Sequence record: NC_048054.1
Strand: one strand, 5' to 3'
DNA: 64,000 nt
Shown in pieces: positions 17,601 to 25,784 of the stretch. The translations under genes and the position numbers were made by a program. Position 1 is the stretch's first letter; every line of letters starts with the position of its first letter. The notes beneath the pieces are model-generated. The model saw only the letters and a program-made list of their open reading frames with translations, did no database searches and was not told where the DNA came from.

Positions 17601-19200
17601 TCGCCAGTTTGATATCTGGAGCTTTCAGCGTAACCTGCTTCACAGCTTCGACAGGAACAATCTCGCCGAACGAAGCATAGATAGACGTCAGGTAATCACC
17701 GCGTAACACTTTAGACTTGAGGACGTTCTCAACAATCTCGGTGTGTTCGCTGGTGGTACGTGCCTGCGCAATGCCGAGCTTTGACGTGCCATCGTTATAG
17801 GTTATAGCGTACTTGAGGGCAATCTCCTCGCCCTGTGGTATTTCATCATCGACGATGATACGCAACTCAGTAGGCACCAAGTCTTTGACGCTACGGTTAA
17901 CATCAAACTCCTGCGTCTTGGACATATCGAACTGTCCTTGATACGCAACGCTGATATCGATCTTCGAATCTGCATCAACGCTAGGCAACAGGAGAGTCGT
18001 GCCATTGAACGTACCGAGAGTAGAGGACAAAGAGATCATGCCGCTATCGGTCAGTTCTTTAGTTGCGCCTGTAGACAGATACTTTCCGTACACGCGAACC
18101 TTAGCACTGGAATTGCCATACAGAGTAGGGCACTCGATTGTCAATTCATCAGGGTCAGGCTCGACACCCATTGGATAAATGCGCGACTCCAGTGGTTGCT
18201 GTGTGCCGTTGTAGGTGAGAGTCAGGTTGATAACAGAGATGGCCAGTGGCTCATTGAAACGAACAGCGTTACCATCGCGTTCTGCAATCCACGTTGAATC
18301 TTCTACCCACACTTCGACCGTTTCTTCTGTGTTGTCGCTGTATTTAACGATAGCACCGAACGTAGTCCACTCACCGCCACGAATAAACTCGGGCTGAATG
18401 AACGAGATAGATTTCTGCAACGGTCTGCCTACGTTGAAACGACGAACAGGCTCGACAACTACATGCGCACCGAGATACAGCTTGGCCCCGATGTTAATCG
18501 CAGCATAGACACCTTCCAGCACTTCTTCGATGGGTGCCCACTGATAGAACAGGTCTGCGATGCGACGATAGAACATGGCCGAACGCGCAGTGTATTGCTG
18601 CACATCGTTGTTCACTGGCTCAAAGCCAATGTGGTTGTTGAACCAATCTTCGGCCTCTTGCTGTGTCATGCCTACTTCTTGCAGAGCATTGACAACATCT
18701 TTCTCGGCATCTTTCGTGATAGTCAGGTCGAGGCCACCGTCAATTAGATGGGCGTCAACTTCAAGGTTAACCTTGTTCGACTTATACCACGTACCGCCGT
18801 CTTGAATCAGAGTGCCTAATGGAGTAGGAACAAACGTCTGATAGTCAGCGGTGTACAGGCGAGAAGAATCAAACTGACCGCCGAGTAACATGCCCACGAA
18901 CTTAGGCCATTGAGTTGTACCAGATACTTGCTGCCAATCAGGCAAGCAGTCGATAACACGTTTCAATGACGGCAAACGATACTGCATCAGGTCACGCGTA
19001 ATGTTGATGCCGAGCTGGCGAATACTCGCTTCGGCCAGCTCGTCGTTTGTGTCACCATTGATACGACGAAGATTAAGCAGTTGCTCAATGGTCTTGAGGT
19101 TCTGCTCGTCGTTGTGTGCATCGAGAATCTCGAACAACTCCGCCCATGATTCGTTGGCTTCAAGGAAGTCAATGTTAAAGGCTAGAGTGTTTGATTTCAC
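14665..19200 (-). CDS. Large baseplate wedge protein with multiple Ig-like repeats (1511 aa)
   Basis: Directly downstream of baseplate J-like gene; N-terminal wedge-like helical part followed by repeated IxGPxx..YxA..W modules. Confidence 0.7.
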   Translation of the reverse strand: MKSNTLAFNIDFLEANESWAELFEILDAHNDEQNLKTIEQLLNLRRINGDTNDELAEASIRQLGINITRDLMQYRLPSLKRVIDCLPDWQQVSGTTQWPKFVGMLLGGQFDSSRLYTADYQTFVPTPLGTLIQDGGTWYKSNKVNLEVDAHLIDGGLDLTITKDAEKDVVNALQEVGMTQQEAEDWFNNHIGFEPVNNDVQQYTARSAMFYRRIADLFYQWAPIEEVLEGVYAAINIGAKLYLGAHVVVEPVRRFNVGRPLQKSISFIQPEFIRGGEWTTFGAIVKYSDNTEETVEVWVEDSTWIAERDGNAVRFNEPLAISVINLTLTYNGTQQPLESRIYPMGVEPDPDELTIECPTLYGNSSAKVRVYGKYLSTGATKELTDSGMISLSSTLGTFNGTTLLLPSVDADSKIDISVAYQGQFDMSKTQEFDVNRSVKDLVPTELRIIVDDEIPQGEEIALKYAITYNDGTSKLGIAQARTTSEHTEIVENVLKSKVLRGDYLTSIYASFGEIVPVEAVKQVTLKAPDIKLATIDLVVPETVVERDIVRPKAMALYVLGSATQAQINARDPSIVVAYTEVFGIWFSSEDTATAVNALPRVDTQTGEFEAPLVSGDAVKYALNFTFIDGSSTVTFNRIILVNDTIMIPKSVDLRSSPTISSGNTLMLPVVCLWNNGLSYAAAAAVKVEYIPSDSAREEARARTIRLQQQAVEQGKDPSQYDPDHPDYARWVTLTVSLSNNTVYDPVMGRSVKEYVLYYQGDLHGSARITMEYEYDGTHLTNYRDLQLIPTRSLVDSITIECPDTMYEKTRTFVRLLATYVDGTQEYVTAAEWVGNWPEKEEDEYKFLQFSPGRYSGMAVVEIIEGRTPLDYKDFRSMNVSKLPMFNSIGSIADLNKSYYDGAILQTGKLKYDYDTYTQVIASFFRVSNKIDMIVSPAPKQSINNIINSRIEGATQISADVLSESYTLVNTYKTGGVMRTLDGSYAEETPKTFDLEVDSEWAVVQNYYTQPGPNNTPVLIPTTDSVAEIDADGSLTPSQNVNGAVLIRARFTCDQYQIEKTLLVFLVQANTYLRQIGIVGPDVVWDVSDRNPTIGYENGRWYVPYSLRVIIDPDDELTTTDAIWSIGDETNVDGVSIDPLNGHLFIGQSQLSDGLINLRAVFTKQNPQSLADETITGFRTIELHTQNTILNGYIENPPGNISPNTDYRFTAFYTRRSGATGSSRLPDANSVKFKWNIVESVSGFTLAQDGTFRFPASKDPQKVKVECIITEQRTEISLVQEITCPGIGFPQDLTVGGYTNVRDDSSMQMNALLGRTGTFVKDDVSAKCLWQVTNSKGDVVDVQGISINAQTGRLTIGLLLNDTDFGVKAIYSEGQQTLTQTHFMKAMSSYPRFGVAPFGITGVSIALAQLPTRLRSKTGGQFVLSTKQDEYGYFVVRQSYGNAVFAAAADSTGNVNKGWQGFDGAQWPVTGDNGKKGPIVGKIVYDNLTENVLIYRTNARAFGSSVITVRYQ

Positions 19201-20660
19201 TGGTTCATCTTCCTTTCACTATAGGTGATATTGATGCGAAGGTTACGCAGCGCAACATACTCCAGCACCGTGTTAGGAATGATATCCTGCACAGGACTTT
19301 CAATGTTGCAGTAGTCCACTTCTGGACGACGTACAGGCTGATCTGGATCAGTCCAGTCATACAACACACGGTCTGTAATGTCTGACAGCGCAAGACGTTT
19401 ACCAAGCAGACCAGGACGACGTTCAAACAGTTTCAGCACCGATTGTTCCAGAGTAGCCTGATTTGACTCACGCGTACCAGGAGCATCTGCATACAGCGCA
19501 ACGTTCAGCGTACAGTCAATCTGTAGCTTCTCGGGGTTCCATGATTGAACGTCAAGCGGGCTATTGAATTGAGCCAGCCACGTCAGGAACTTGTTCCATT
19601 GCGCAGAGCTTGGGTTAGGGTTGATGCCTCCCCAAGTGCTGGTGTTACGAGGCAGTACGCACACACGCACGACACCCTGCCACTCACGATCATTAGGAGC
19701 AATCTCGGCCTGACCCTGAACAACAACGTCAGCAACATCTGGATAGAGCGCGATAGCTGCTTTCCATTCATCACGGCGAATCAGCTTCTTACGGCTACGT
19801 CCTACGATTGGTGCGTAGTTACGATAGTAATCAACAGGCGTTTCATCAGAGCCGCCTACAATAGCACTGACTGTTTTGCCTTGCAGTTGTGGGTTAGACA
19901 GGCACTGCACTTTGAGGCCTGTACTGTCCGTGTTACCACTAGCGCCGAGAGACTTAATGCCCTGCACACGCAGCGTATAACCAGCTGGCGGCTGTGCGCC
20001 CCACTGCTCACCACCGAATTGAATCTCAACGTCACCTTCATCGGTTGTTACATCGAGGAAGATCTGCTGGTCAGCATATGCCTCAAACAGACACTTGGTA
20101 AAACGCTGATACTCAATACGTGTGCCAGTAGGATGTTCGAACCACACACGAATATCGTCAGTAAGCTGGAAGTTCTCTGTGCCGAGTTTAATCGACATGT
20201 AATCGACAGGCGTAGGAACAATCTGGCTGAACGTGAACACTTCACCGATGATGAAGTCAACGTTCTTCACTTCGCCTGGTTCCCACTGAGTTACTTCTGC
20301 AAGCAACGCATTGAACGTGCCGATAGTGAACGGTGTGTACTTGTCGTAGGATTGTTTTACAGAGCTTAGGTTAGCAACTGAGGCAGTAACCGTAGATACT
20401 GATTTGCGTCCGATATCCACACCAAGATAACGAGCGTTAGCAAGGATAGAAGTGTTACGGCGAGCAAGTCGGCTGAATGCTTCACGCGCCGCAATCAGTG
20501 ACGCATAGGCATTCGTTACGCCAAGATCACCAAGCGCATCAGCAAGCAACGAGGTCAATGAACTAACCTGTGCATCAGTCCAATGGCTGGAGCTGTTAAT
20601 ACGATTCAGGAAGTCTTGCGCAAACTCCTCATGAGTCGTGTAAGTGTTAAGCATGGACAT
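19197..20660 (-). CDS. Baseplate wedge protein, T4 gp6 / P2 gpJ-like
   Basis: Motifs AREAFSRLARR..ARYLG, IQFGGEQWGAQP, GGSDETPVDYYRNYAP..RRDEWKA are typical of gp6/J. Confidence 0.85.
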   Translation of the reverse strand: MSMLNTYTTHEEFAQDFLNRINSSSHWTDAQVSSLTSLLADALGDLGVTNAYASLIAAREAFSRLARRNTSILANARYLGVDIGRKSVSTVTASVANLSSVKQSYDKYTPFTIGTFNALLAEVTQWEPGEVKNVDFIIGEVFTFSQIVPTPVDYMSIKLGTENFQLTDDIRVWFEHPTGTRIEYQRFTKCLFEAYADQQIFLDVTTDEGDVEIQFGGEQWGAQPPAGYTLRVQGIKSLGASGNTDSTGLKVQCLSNPQLQGKTVSAIVGGSDETPVDYYRNYAPIVGRSRKKLIRRDEWKAAIALYPDVADVVVQGQAEIAPNDREWQGVVRVCVLPRNTSTWGGINPNPSSAQWNKFLTWLAQFNSPLDVQSWNPEKLQIDCTLNVALYADAPGTRESNQATLEQSVLKLFERRPGLLGKRLALSDITDRVLYDWTDPDQPVRRPEVDYCNIESPVQDIIPNTVLEYVALRNLRINITYSERKMNQ

Positions 20661-20822
20661 GTTACTGTGCCCTCATTGCAAACGTAATTGATTGTTGTGC
20701 ATCAGTCCAATGGCTGGAGCTGTTAATACGATTCAGGAAGTCTTGCGCAAACTCCTCATGAGTCGTGTAAGTGTTAAGCATGGACATGTTACTGTGCCCT
20801 CATTGCAAACGTAATTGATTGT
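20569..20822. repeat. Perfect 127-bp tandem duplication (20569-20695 = 20696-20822)
   Basis: Direct comparison of the sequence; spans the gp25-like stop and the J-like start. Confidence 0.95.
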
Positions 20823-21211
20823 TTGTCTTCGAGCTTAGGACAACGCCATGTGACCACGCACACGTAGGTCTGGTCAAATTGCTCGCTCGCAGTACATGCG
20901 GTTTGAACGTTAGTCACATCCTGCGTCAGACCATTGTACGGGTCTTCAAGTGCAAGGCGCATATACGTTGCAATCCAGTCGGCCGTCGTTTGATCGAACG
21001 GCTCAAAGAGATATTGATACACGTCAGCGCCGAAGTTCTCACGCCACTTACGGGATTTCTTGCGCGTACCAATTACCATCAGAATCTTTTGGACAATGCT
21101 GTCCATGTTCTGAACGTTATCACGCGGTTCGAGTTGAATCCACGCATTGATATCACAATAGATGCGCTCACTAATAGGCACATCTATCAGTCTAATTCCG
21201 ATTCCTGCCAT
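20789..21211 (-). CDS. Baseplate wedge protein, gp25/GpW-like
   Basis: SIVQKILMVIGTRKKSRKWRENFGADVYQYLFEP is the gp25 family pattern; adjacent to PAAR and J-like genes. Confidence 0.85.
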   Translation of the reverse strand: MAGIGIRLIDVPISERIYCDINAWIQLEPRDNVQNMDSIVQKILMVIGTRKKSRKWRENFGADVYQYLFEPFDQTTADWIATYMRLALEDPYNGLTQDVTNVQTACTASEQFDQTYVCVVTWRCPKLEDKQSITFAMRAQ

Positions 21212-21501
21212 CAGCCAAATCTCACGTTAGAACTACCGTTAGATGCTGTGTCGCCGCAACTGTTTGCATCGCCAGCACGTTGGGCCGGCTTACCGTTGAC
21301 ACGCACACTGGAACTAGAAGTAGCTTTACCTGTATGTGGTGGCTTCTTTGGTTTCCAGTGAGGACGATAACTATCGCCTTGGCGAACACTCCCTTTTCCA
21401 TTCACAAGCACGTTAGAAGATGCCTGTGCAGGGACAACAGGAAAATAACCGTTATGGCCTGTAGACAGATCTGTGCCTAAACGAATAGCTTTCTGACCCA
21501 T
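21211..21501 (-). CDS. PAAR-repeat spike tip protein (T4 gp5.4-like)
   Basis: AIRLGTDLSTGH, VLVNGKGSVRQGD..H, VRVNGKPAQRAGD..CG..GSSNV. Confidence 0.9.
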   Translation of the reverse strand: MGQKAIRLGTDLSTGHNGYFPVVPAQASSNVLVNGKGSVRQGDSYRPHWKPKKPPHTGKATSSSSVRVNGKPAQRAGDANSCGDTASNGSSNVRFG

Positions 21502-21502
21502 G

Positions 21503-21628
21503 TTATTTCCTCTTGTCTGAGGCTCTAGGAATTTTTGGAGCCTTTGCGGGCACGAAGGGACTCGTATCGAGTTTTCGTTTACCGTGAAGAATGTCTAAAT
21601 ACTGTTTCCAATTGGTGCAGCGGCTCAT
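21503..21628 (-). CDS. Small basic protein (41 aa, MSRCTNWKQYLDILHGKRK...)
   Basis: GAGGAG SD 6 nt upstream; TAA-C-ATG coupling to PAAR; GCTAATTT motif 23 nt upstream. Confidence 0.6.
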   Translation of the reverse strand: MSRCTNWKQYLDILHGKRKLDTSPFVPAKAPKIPRASDKRK

Positions 21629-21650
21629 GGTATTCTCCTCTGTTAGACAC

Positions 21651-21658
21651 AAATTAGC
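21651..21658 (-). promoter_or_regulatory. GCTAATTT motif, candidate late promoter for the baseplate operon
   Basis: Located between a terminator and the first gene of the operon. Confidence 0.55.
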
Positions 21659-21671
21659 TTGTTGTGCAGCA

Positions 21672-21707
21672 GAAACGAAAACGGGCGACCCGAAGGCCAC
21701 CCGTTTT
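21672..21707 (-). terminator. Rho-independent terminator closing the ncRNA-like interval
   Basis: AAAACGGGTGGCC-TTCG-GGTCGCCCGTTTT then CGTTTCT. Confidence 0.8.
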
Positions 21708-21737
21708 CTAGTGCTTGGATTTTGTGTCGTTACTCCC

Positions 21738-21896
21738 TCACACCCGAAGCGAGTGCCTATCAGCTTTCGCTGGTAAGCCGGAGTGGAAGACCGAGAGTGG
21801 AGCCGCACGCCACGGCAACAGTAAGTGACTCTCGGGCCTAGATAGCGCGTGACCAAGCAGCACAATCGCCATCAACGACACGAAGAACAAAATCAT
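21738..21896 (-). CDS. Possible 52-aa hydrophobic peptide (MILFFVSLMAIVLLGHAL...)
   Basis: AGGAG SD 5 nt upstream and an 18-aa hydrophobic N-terminus; its 3' part overlaps strong RNA hairpins. Confidence 0.35.
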   Translation of the reverse strand: MILFFVSLMAIVLLGHALSRPESHLLLPWRAAPLSVFHSGLPAKADRHSLRV

Positions 21897-21964
21897 GTTT
21901 GCTCCTGTGTCTCTCTGTAAGTAAAACATTTGCAAATGTCGATCAAGTTACTTCGAATTGCCCT

Positions 21965-22362
21965 TCGCCCAACATCACTAGGGTTTCAATTCTTTTTCTC
22001 TCTTTACCGCCTGGGTTGCGGCGAACCGCGCACAAGAACAACGCTTCAACGATACGTGGGCAGGAAGGGCACGTACCGCATTCACATCGCTCAAGCGAAG
22101 GAGGTCTCCCATCGGTGATCTGCGGTGGTTAATACACTCTTTAACAATCGCTCTTGTTGTGCATTAGATCGTGGTAGGAACGCGATTGACCGCTAACAAG
22201 TCCTATACGATATTTCACTACCCGGAAAAAGTGGGCAAGCTATGGCAGCACGTCAACGACAGCAGGCGCGGACACACTCCATTAAGCATTGTTAAGGGCA
22301 ACACTTAACAGGCTGTGAACAGCTTTGACCAAATGTAGAGTCGCTCGTCGCCCAACATCACT
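21965..22362 (-). repeat. 15-nt direct repeat AGTGATGTTGGGCGA (copies at 22348-22362 and 21965-21979)
   Basis: Exact match; both copies preceded by CAGG-NN-GTAAA(A)GAG and enclosed by different but pairing stems. Confidence 0.85.
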
Positions 22363-22957
22363 TGAGTATCTCGTCTACACTCTTTTACTCCCTGAATACC
22401 GTACAAGGAATACGGCACCCATGAGGGTCTGCGGATGTTTATCACTCTCAGACTCTTGAGCCACTATCTGGAAACTAACACGTTGAGTCGTCCGCTGGAT
22501 GACGTGTTAGCTCTCCTCTCCCCGTCGTGCGAGGGCCAGAGTGGTAGCTGATGGATTGTCATGAAGTCCTGACAGGAGTCATCGCTTCCCAATGCCCACA
22601 GAGTGAAAGTCTATGCGCATCAGGCAGCGTAGGCTGCGGTACTGCTGTCCCTATTAGATGGTCCACAACGTTGAGAATACGTTCCAACCATCTACGTGCC
22701 TAGAGGCCATTGCCGTGCCATGTCTTATGCAAGATGAAATCAAGCTGGGTCCTGGTAGACGTCAGCAGCAGAGCAATAGTCTATCACGTGGGTGCCGGGG
22801 TTGTCCTCACGATTACAGAGCGTAAACTCAAACCGGCTGGAGGCCTATGTGTTGGCAAGAACAACTCACAGGTTTATGGCTCACGGAGAGCGCCCGCTAA
22901 GTACACTCTCCGTTGATACATCTTGATATTACTATCTGCAATTTTTATTTACAGATT

Positions 22958-24721
22958 TTAGAACGCTTTACGTTCGATATTCGAATATAAAGTTTCATAC
23001 GGTTCAGAGTAAAGCTCAGGTCCACGCTGTGCGCGAATCGTCACGTAACCCGTATGACGATTGAATGCAATAATCTCGACCGTAGGCTGTTTAGGCTTGA
23101 TGGTCGCATAGATAGGAGCATTCATTGTTGGTTCGTCTGTCTGAATCTTATTTACAGATTGCAGAGCAGCACCAGAAACGTTAGGCAGATTAAAACGCAG
23201 TTCAGCGCGTTTCTGACCGAACGCAGTACGTAGCATACCTGCTTCCAGAGGAACACCATTCTGCTTGAGATATGCAGCGATACGACGGCCGATACCTGTG
23301 AGCTGGTCGCGAGTGCGTGGGTCGAATGTACCTTCGAAGCTGATTGCTTCTGACGGTTGACGTACAGACAAATGCAGGCCTGTGTTGAAGTAGCCTTCGG
23401 TCAGCAGACGCAGAATCTCTTTGACCACTTCTTTGGTGTTCGGCTTGATAGCAGCGATACGCAGTTCAGGCACGTCCACTTTCACAGGGTCACGCAGTTC
23501 GGTCTGGTTGTCCATGTAACCGAGAGATACGTGCTTTGCGTTGGTGTACGTGTGTTGCAGAACACCAGTTGCGCGAATCAGTACAGAGCCACCTTTCGCC
23601 TGATCATAAAGTTCATCGCTGGTGGTTGTGCTAAACAGGTAGTAGTCTGTAGGAACAGCCATGCGATTAACAGCTTCAATCGCTTTGGTCTGCGCTTCTT
23701 TCACAGTCGTACCGAATACAACACGGCTACGGTTAGGCTGTGCAGCAGATACAGGGAAGAACGCACCGTACACGACGCTTACGTTTTTCTTAATCGGCTT
23801 TTCAGACTGTATTTTCTTACCGCCAGTCAGCGCAGGCAGCTTGACGCCCACCAGCTTACCTTTGACGATATGTTTGTTCTCTTTAACAGGCTTGAGGCCG
23901 TCAATGAGTTTCGCCAGATCAGCACCGCTAAGAATCTTCTCCAGCGGAACAGCAAGGTTCTGCGGCAGATAGTGCTTCTTGCGGAACATGTAGATGACGG
24001 TGTCTTTCTTGATCTGCATTGGCGTAGCCATGTTGCGACCAATAACACCGACAGGCTGGAACGTGTTTGCTTTATCGTCAGCGACTGCACCGAACTGCTT
24101 GGTGAACTCAGTCTGACCGATGATGTTAGCGGCACGTAAATGACCACGAACGATAAACACGATCTTCGGTTCATCTTTCATGCGCAACTCGTAGCGGTCA
24201 CGGTTCAGATAAACCATGCTGAACTTGTCGCCCTTCTCCAGCTCCAGATCGTACTCGTCGTTAGCGTCGTCGATAACAACTTTCTTACCCTGATAGGTAG
24301 CGTACACGCGAGGACCAGCAGACTCGGAAGCAATCTGCATTGCCTGGCCAGTGTTAGACAGAGAAGCAGCAAAGTCCATGACAGCAGGCATCAGGTCGAA
24401 TGAAGATGCTACTGCATACGGCTCACGCTTCTTACCGAGCTGTACGTGGACAGCGCTACTGCTGGACATGAACACAGTATTACCTGTGTCTTCATGGGTA
24501 CCAGCGAAGTGCATACCACTAATACGTTCAATGATGTTTGCGTTAAGCGATTGGAAGTTTACTTCGCTTCCTGCGGTGAAGTCATAAATCTCACCGTTAC
24601 GCCACGCATATGCCACGTTGTTGGAGCTAAGACCCACAAAGGCATCACCCAACTGACGAATGGTCAATGGCATGATGCTCAGGTCACGAATAATCGAAGA
24701 CTGCTTTTGAATGAGGTTCAT
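22958..24721 (-). CDS. Putative virion (head) protein, 587 aa, carrying the shared ~65-aa domain
   Basis: Long ORF with typical codon use; IASESA motif followed by YQGKK..EKGDKF domain. Confidence 0.7.
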   Translation of the reverse strand: MNLIQKQSSIIRDLSIMPLTIRQLGDAFVGLSSNNVAYAWRNGEIYDFTAGSEVNFQSLNANIIERISGMHFAGTHEDTGNTVFMSSSSAVHVQLGKKREPYAVASSFDLMPAVMDFAASLSNTGQAMQIASESAGPRVYATYQGKKVVIDDANDEYDLELEKGDKFSMVYLNRDRYELRMKDEPKIVFIVRGHLRAANIIGQTEFTKQFGAVADDKANTFQPVGVIGRNMATPMQIKKDTVIYMFRKKHYLPQNLAVPLEKILSGADLAKLIDGLKPVKENKHIVKGKLVGVKLPALTGGKKIQSEKPIKKNVSVVYGAFFPVSAAQPNRSRVVFGTTVKEAQTKAIEAVNRMAVPTDYYLFSTTTSDELYDQAKGGSVLIRATGVLQHTYTNAKHVSLGYMDNQTELRDPVKVDVPELRIAAIKPNTKEVVKEILRLLTEGYFNTGLHLSVRQPSEAISFEGTFDPRTRDQLTGIGRRIAAYLKQNGVPLEAGMLRTAFGQKRAELRFNLPNVSGAALQSVNKIQTDEPTMNAPIYATIKPKQPTVEIIAFNRHTGYVTIRAQRGPELYSEPYETLYSNIERKAF

Positions 24722-24729
24722 ATAAATCC

Positions 24730-25164
24730 CTAATACGAAACAATGCGGAAGGCGTTCTGCTTGAGCAGATTGAGGTTACCAAGCATCAGGCTATAAGCCA
24801 GAGTGCCATGATGTTCGATCAGATCATCAGGTACGATTGACCCGAAGTACAGGGCCTTATCTGGTCGAGCATTGATTTCCTCTCCAACAGACTTCATTGC
24901 GTCAGGGACAACGAAGCACCATGGTTCAGCAATATACTTGCCTTTGACGTACTGAATCCTATAGCCAACAGCCATGTGCTGGCCTTTGGTAGGGCGGTAC
25001 GCGAAAACATCCGTGTTCTGGTTGCGAGACTTCCTCACAGAGAACAGCGCCATAGTAAGGAAGCGCTGTTCAAACTGTGGGATGAATGCGTTGTCTTCGC
25101 AAATCTTTTTAAGTACCGCCTCTTGTCGAGCACGAGGCATCGACGCGTAGAGGTTTAAATTCAT
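24730..25164 (-). CDS. Hypothetical protein (144 aa)
   Basis: ATGA-coupled to tmk; GGA-containing SD-type spacing to the next gene. Confidence 0.75.
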   Translation of the reverse strand: MNLNLYASMPRARQEAVLKKICEDNAFIPQFEQRFLTMALFSVRKSRNQNTDVFAYRPTKGQHMAVGYRIQYVKGKYIAEPWCFVVPDAMKSVGEEINARPDKALYFGSIVPDDLIEHHGTLAYSLMLGNLNLLKQNAFRIVSY

Positions 25165-25775
25165 GACAGCTTGGCGAGAATTTGACGAACAACATCGGAC
25201 ACCGAATTAACCTCAGTGTCGATAACCAAATCAAAGCCGCCAGGCACTTCGAGATAGCGTTGGTTGTATTGCTCAAACACTTCTTTGGTCTGACGCTTTT
25301 CGATACGGTCTTCACCGCCGATGCGAATCTTCCGACGCTCAACAGACGTTTCATAGCCACACGTCAGCAACACGGTCAGACGATTCTCAGGAGCAAGCGC
25401 TTCCCAAGTATGCTGATAGATGTGTGCGTTAACGTCCGACTCACCCGCCTGATAAACGTAAGTGGAAGGATAGCCGCGATCAGCAATAATGATCGTGTCT
25501 GGTTCGTTGGCGAGAATGCGCTCATACGCAGTCATCGTTGAAGAACGTGCAGCAAGGAAGAGCAGCAGTTCGGTACGCGGGTCCATACCCTCGTTAAGAG
25601 GATTTGAATTGGACAGCAGAACATCACGAATGTGTTCGGCAAGCGGCGTACCACCAGGCTCACGTAAGCGCAGAGTCTTCGCGCCACGCTGCGTCAGTAT
25701 TTCAGACAGAGCAGTACACACAGTAGATTTGCCGCTACCTTCGGGGCCTTCGACTAAGAGATAGGTTGAGTTCAT
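25161..25775 (-). CDS. tmk: Thymidylate kinase
   Basis: P-loop EGPEGSGKST, LREPGGTPLAEHIR, ELLLFLAAR, IADRGYPSTYVYQ. Confidence 0.95.
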   Translation of the reverse strand: MNSTYLLVEGPEGSGKSTVCTALSEILTQRGAKTLRLREPGGTPLAEHIRDVLLSNSNPLNEGMDPRTELLLFLAARSSTMTAYERILANEPDTIIIADRGYPSTYVYQAGESDVNAHIYQHTWEALAPENRLTVLLTCGYETSVERRKIRIGGEDRIEKRQTKEVFEQYNQRYLEVPGGFDLVIDTEVNSVSDVVRQILAKLS

Positions 25776-25784
25776 AATGAGTCC

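Larger units (their letters stand above)
21708..22915 (-). ncRNA. Candidate large structured non-coding RNA (~1.2 kb)
   Basis: Only long gene-poor gap in the window. More than 12 hairpins, some extended by G-U pairs on the minus strand, with UUCG and GAAA tetraloops. Duplicated 15-nt loop in covarying stems; downstream terminator. Confidence 0.55.

Noticed and set aside
20662-20787. 41-aa chimeric J/gp25 mini-gene as a functional product
   Set aside because: It exists only because of the 127-bp duplication, which is probably an assembly artefact.
21629-21865. 5' extension of ORF 21503..21865 (120 aa)
   Set aside because: It runs through a terminator and promoter motif; the SD supports the 21628 start.
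21965-22362. CRISPR mini-array interpretation of the 15-nt repeat
   Set aside because: Only two short copies 383 nt apart; not repeat-spacer geometry, and no cas genes.
21708-22915. Possible RNase P RNA, tmRNA, tRNA or group II intron (CCGGCTTA near 21775; GAGGACAACC near 22800)
   Set aside because: No P4-forming GAGGAAAGUCC partner, no tRNA T-loop or CCA end, and no GTGCG start or domain V. It is kept only as an unclassified structured RNA.
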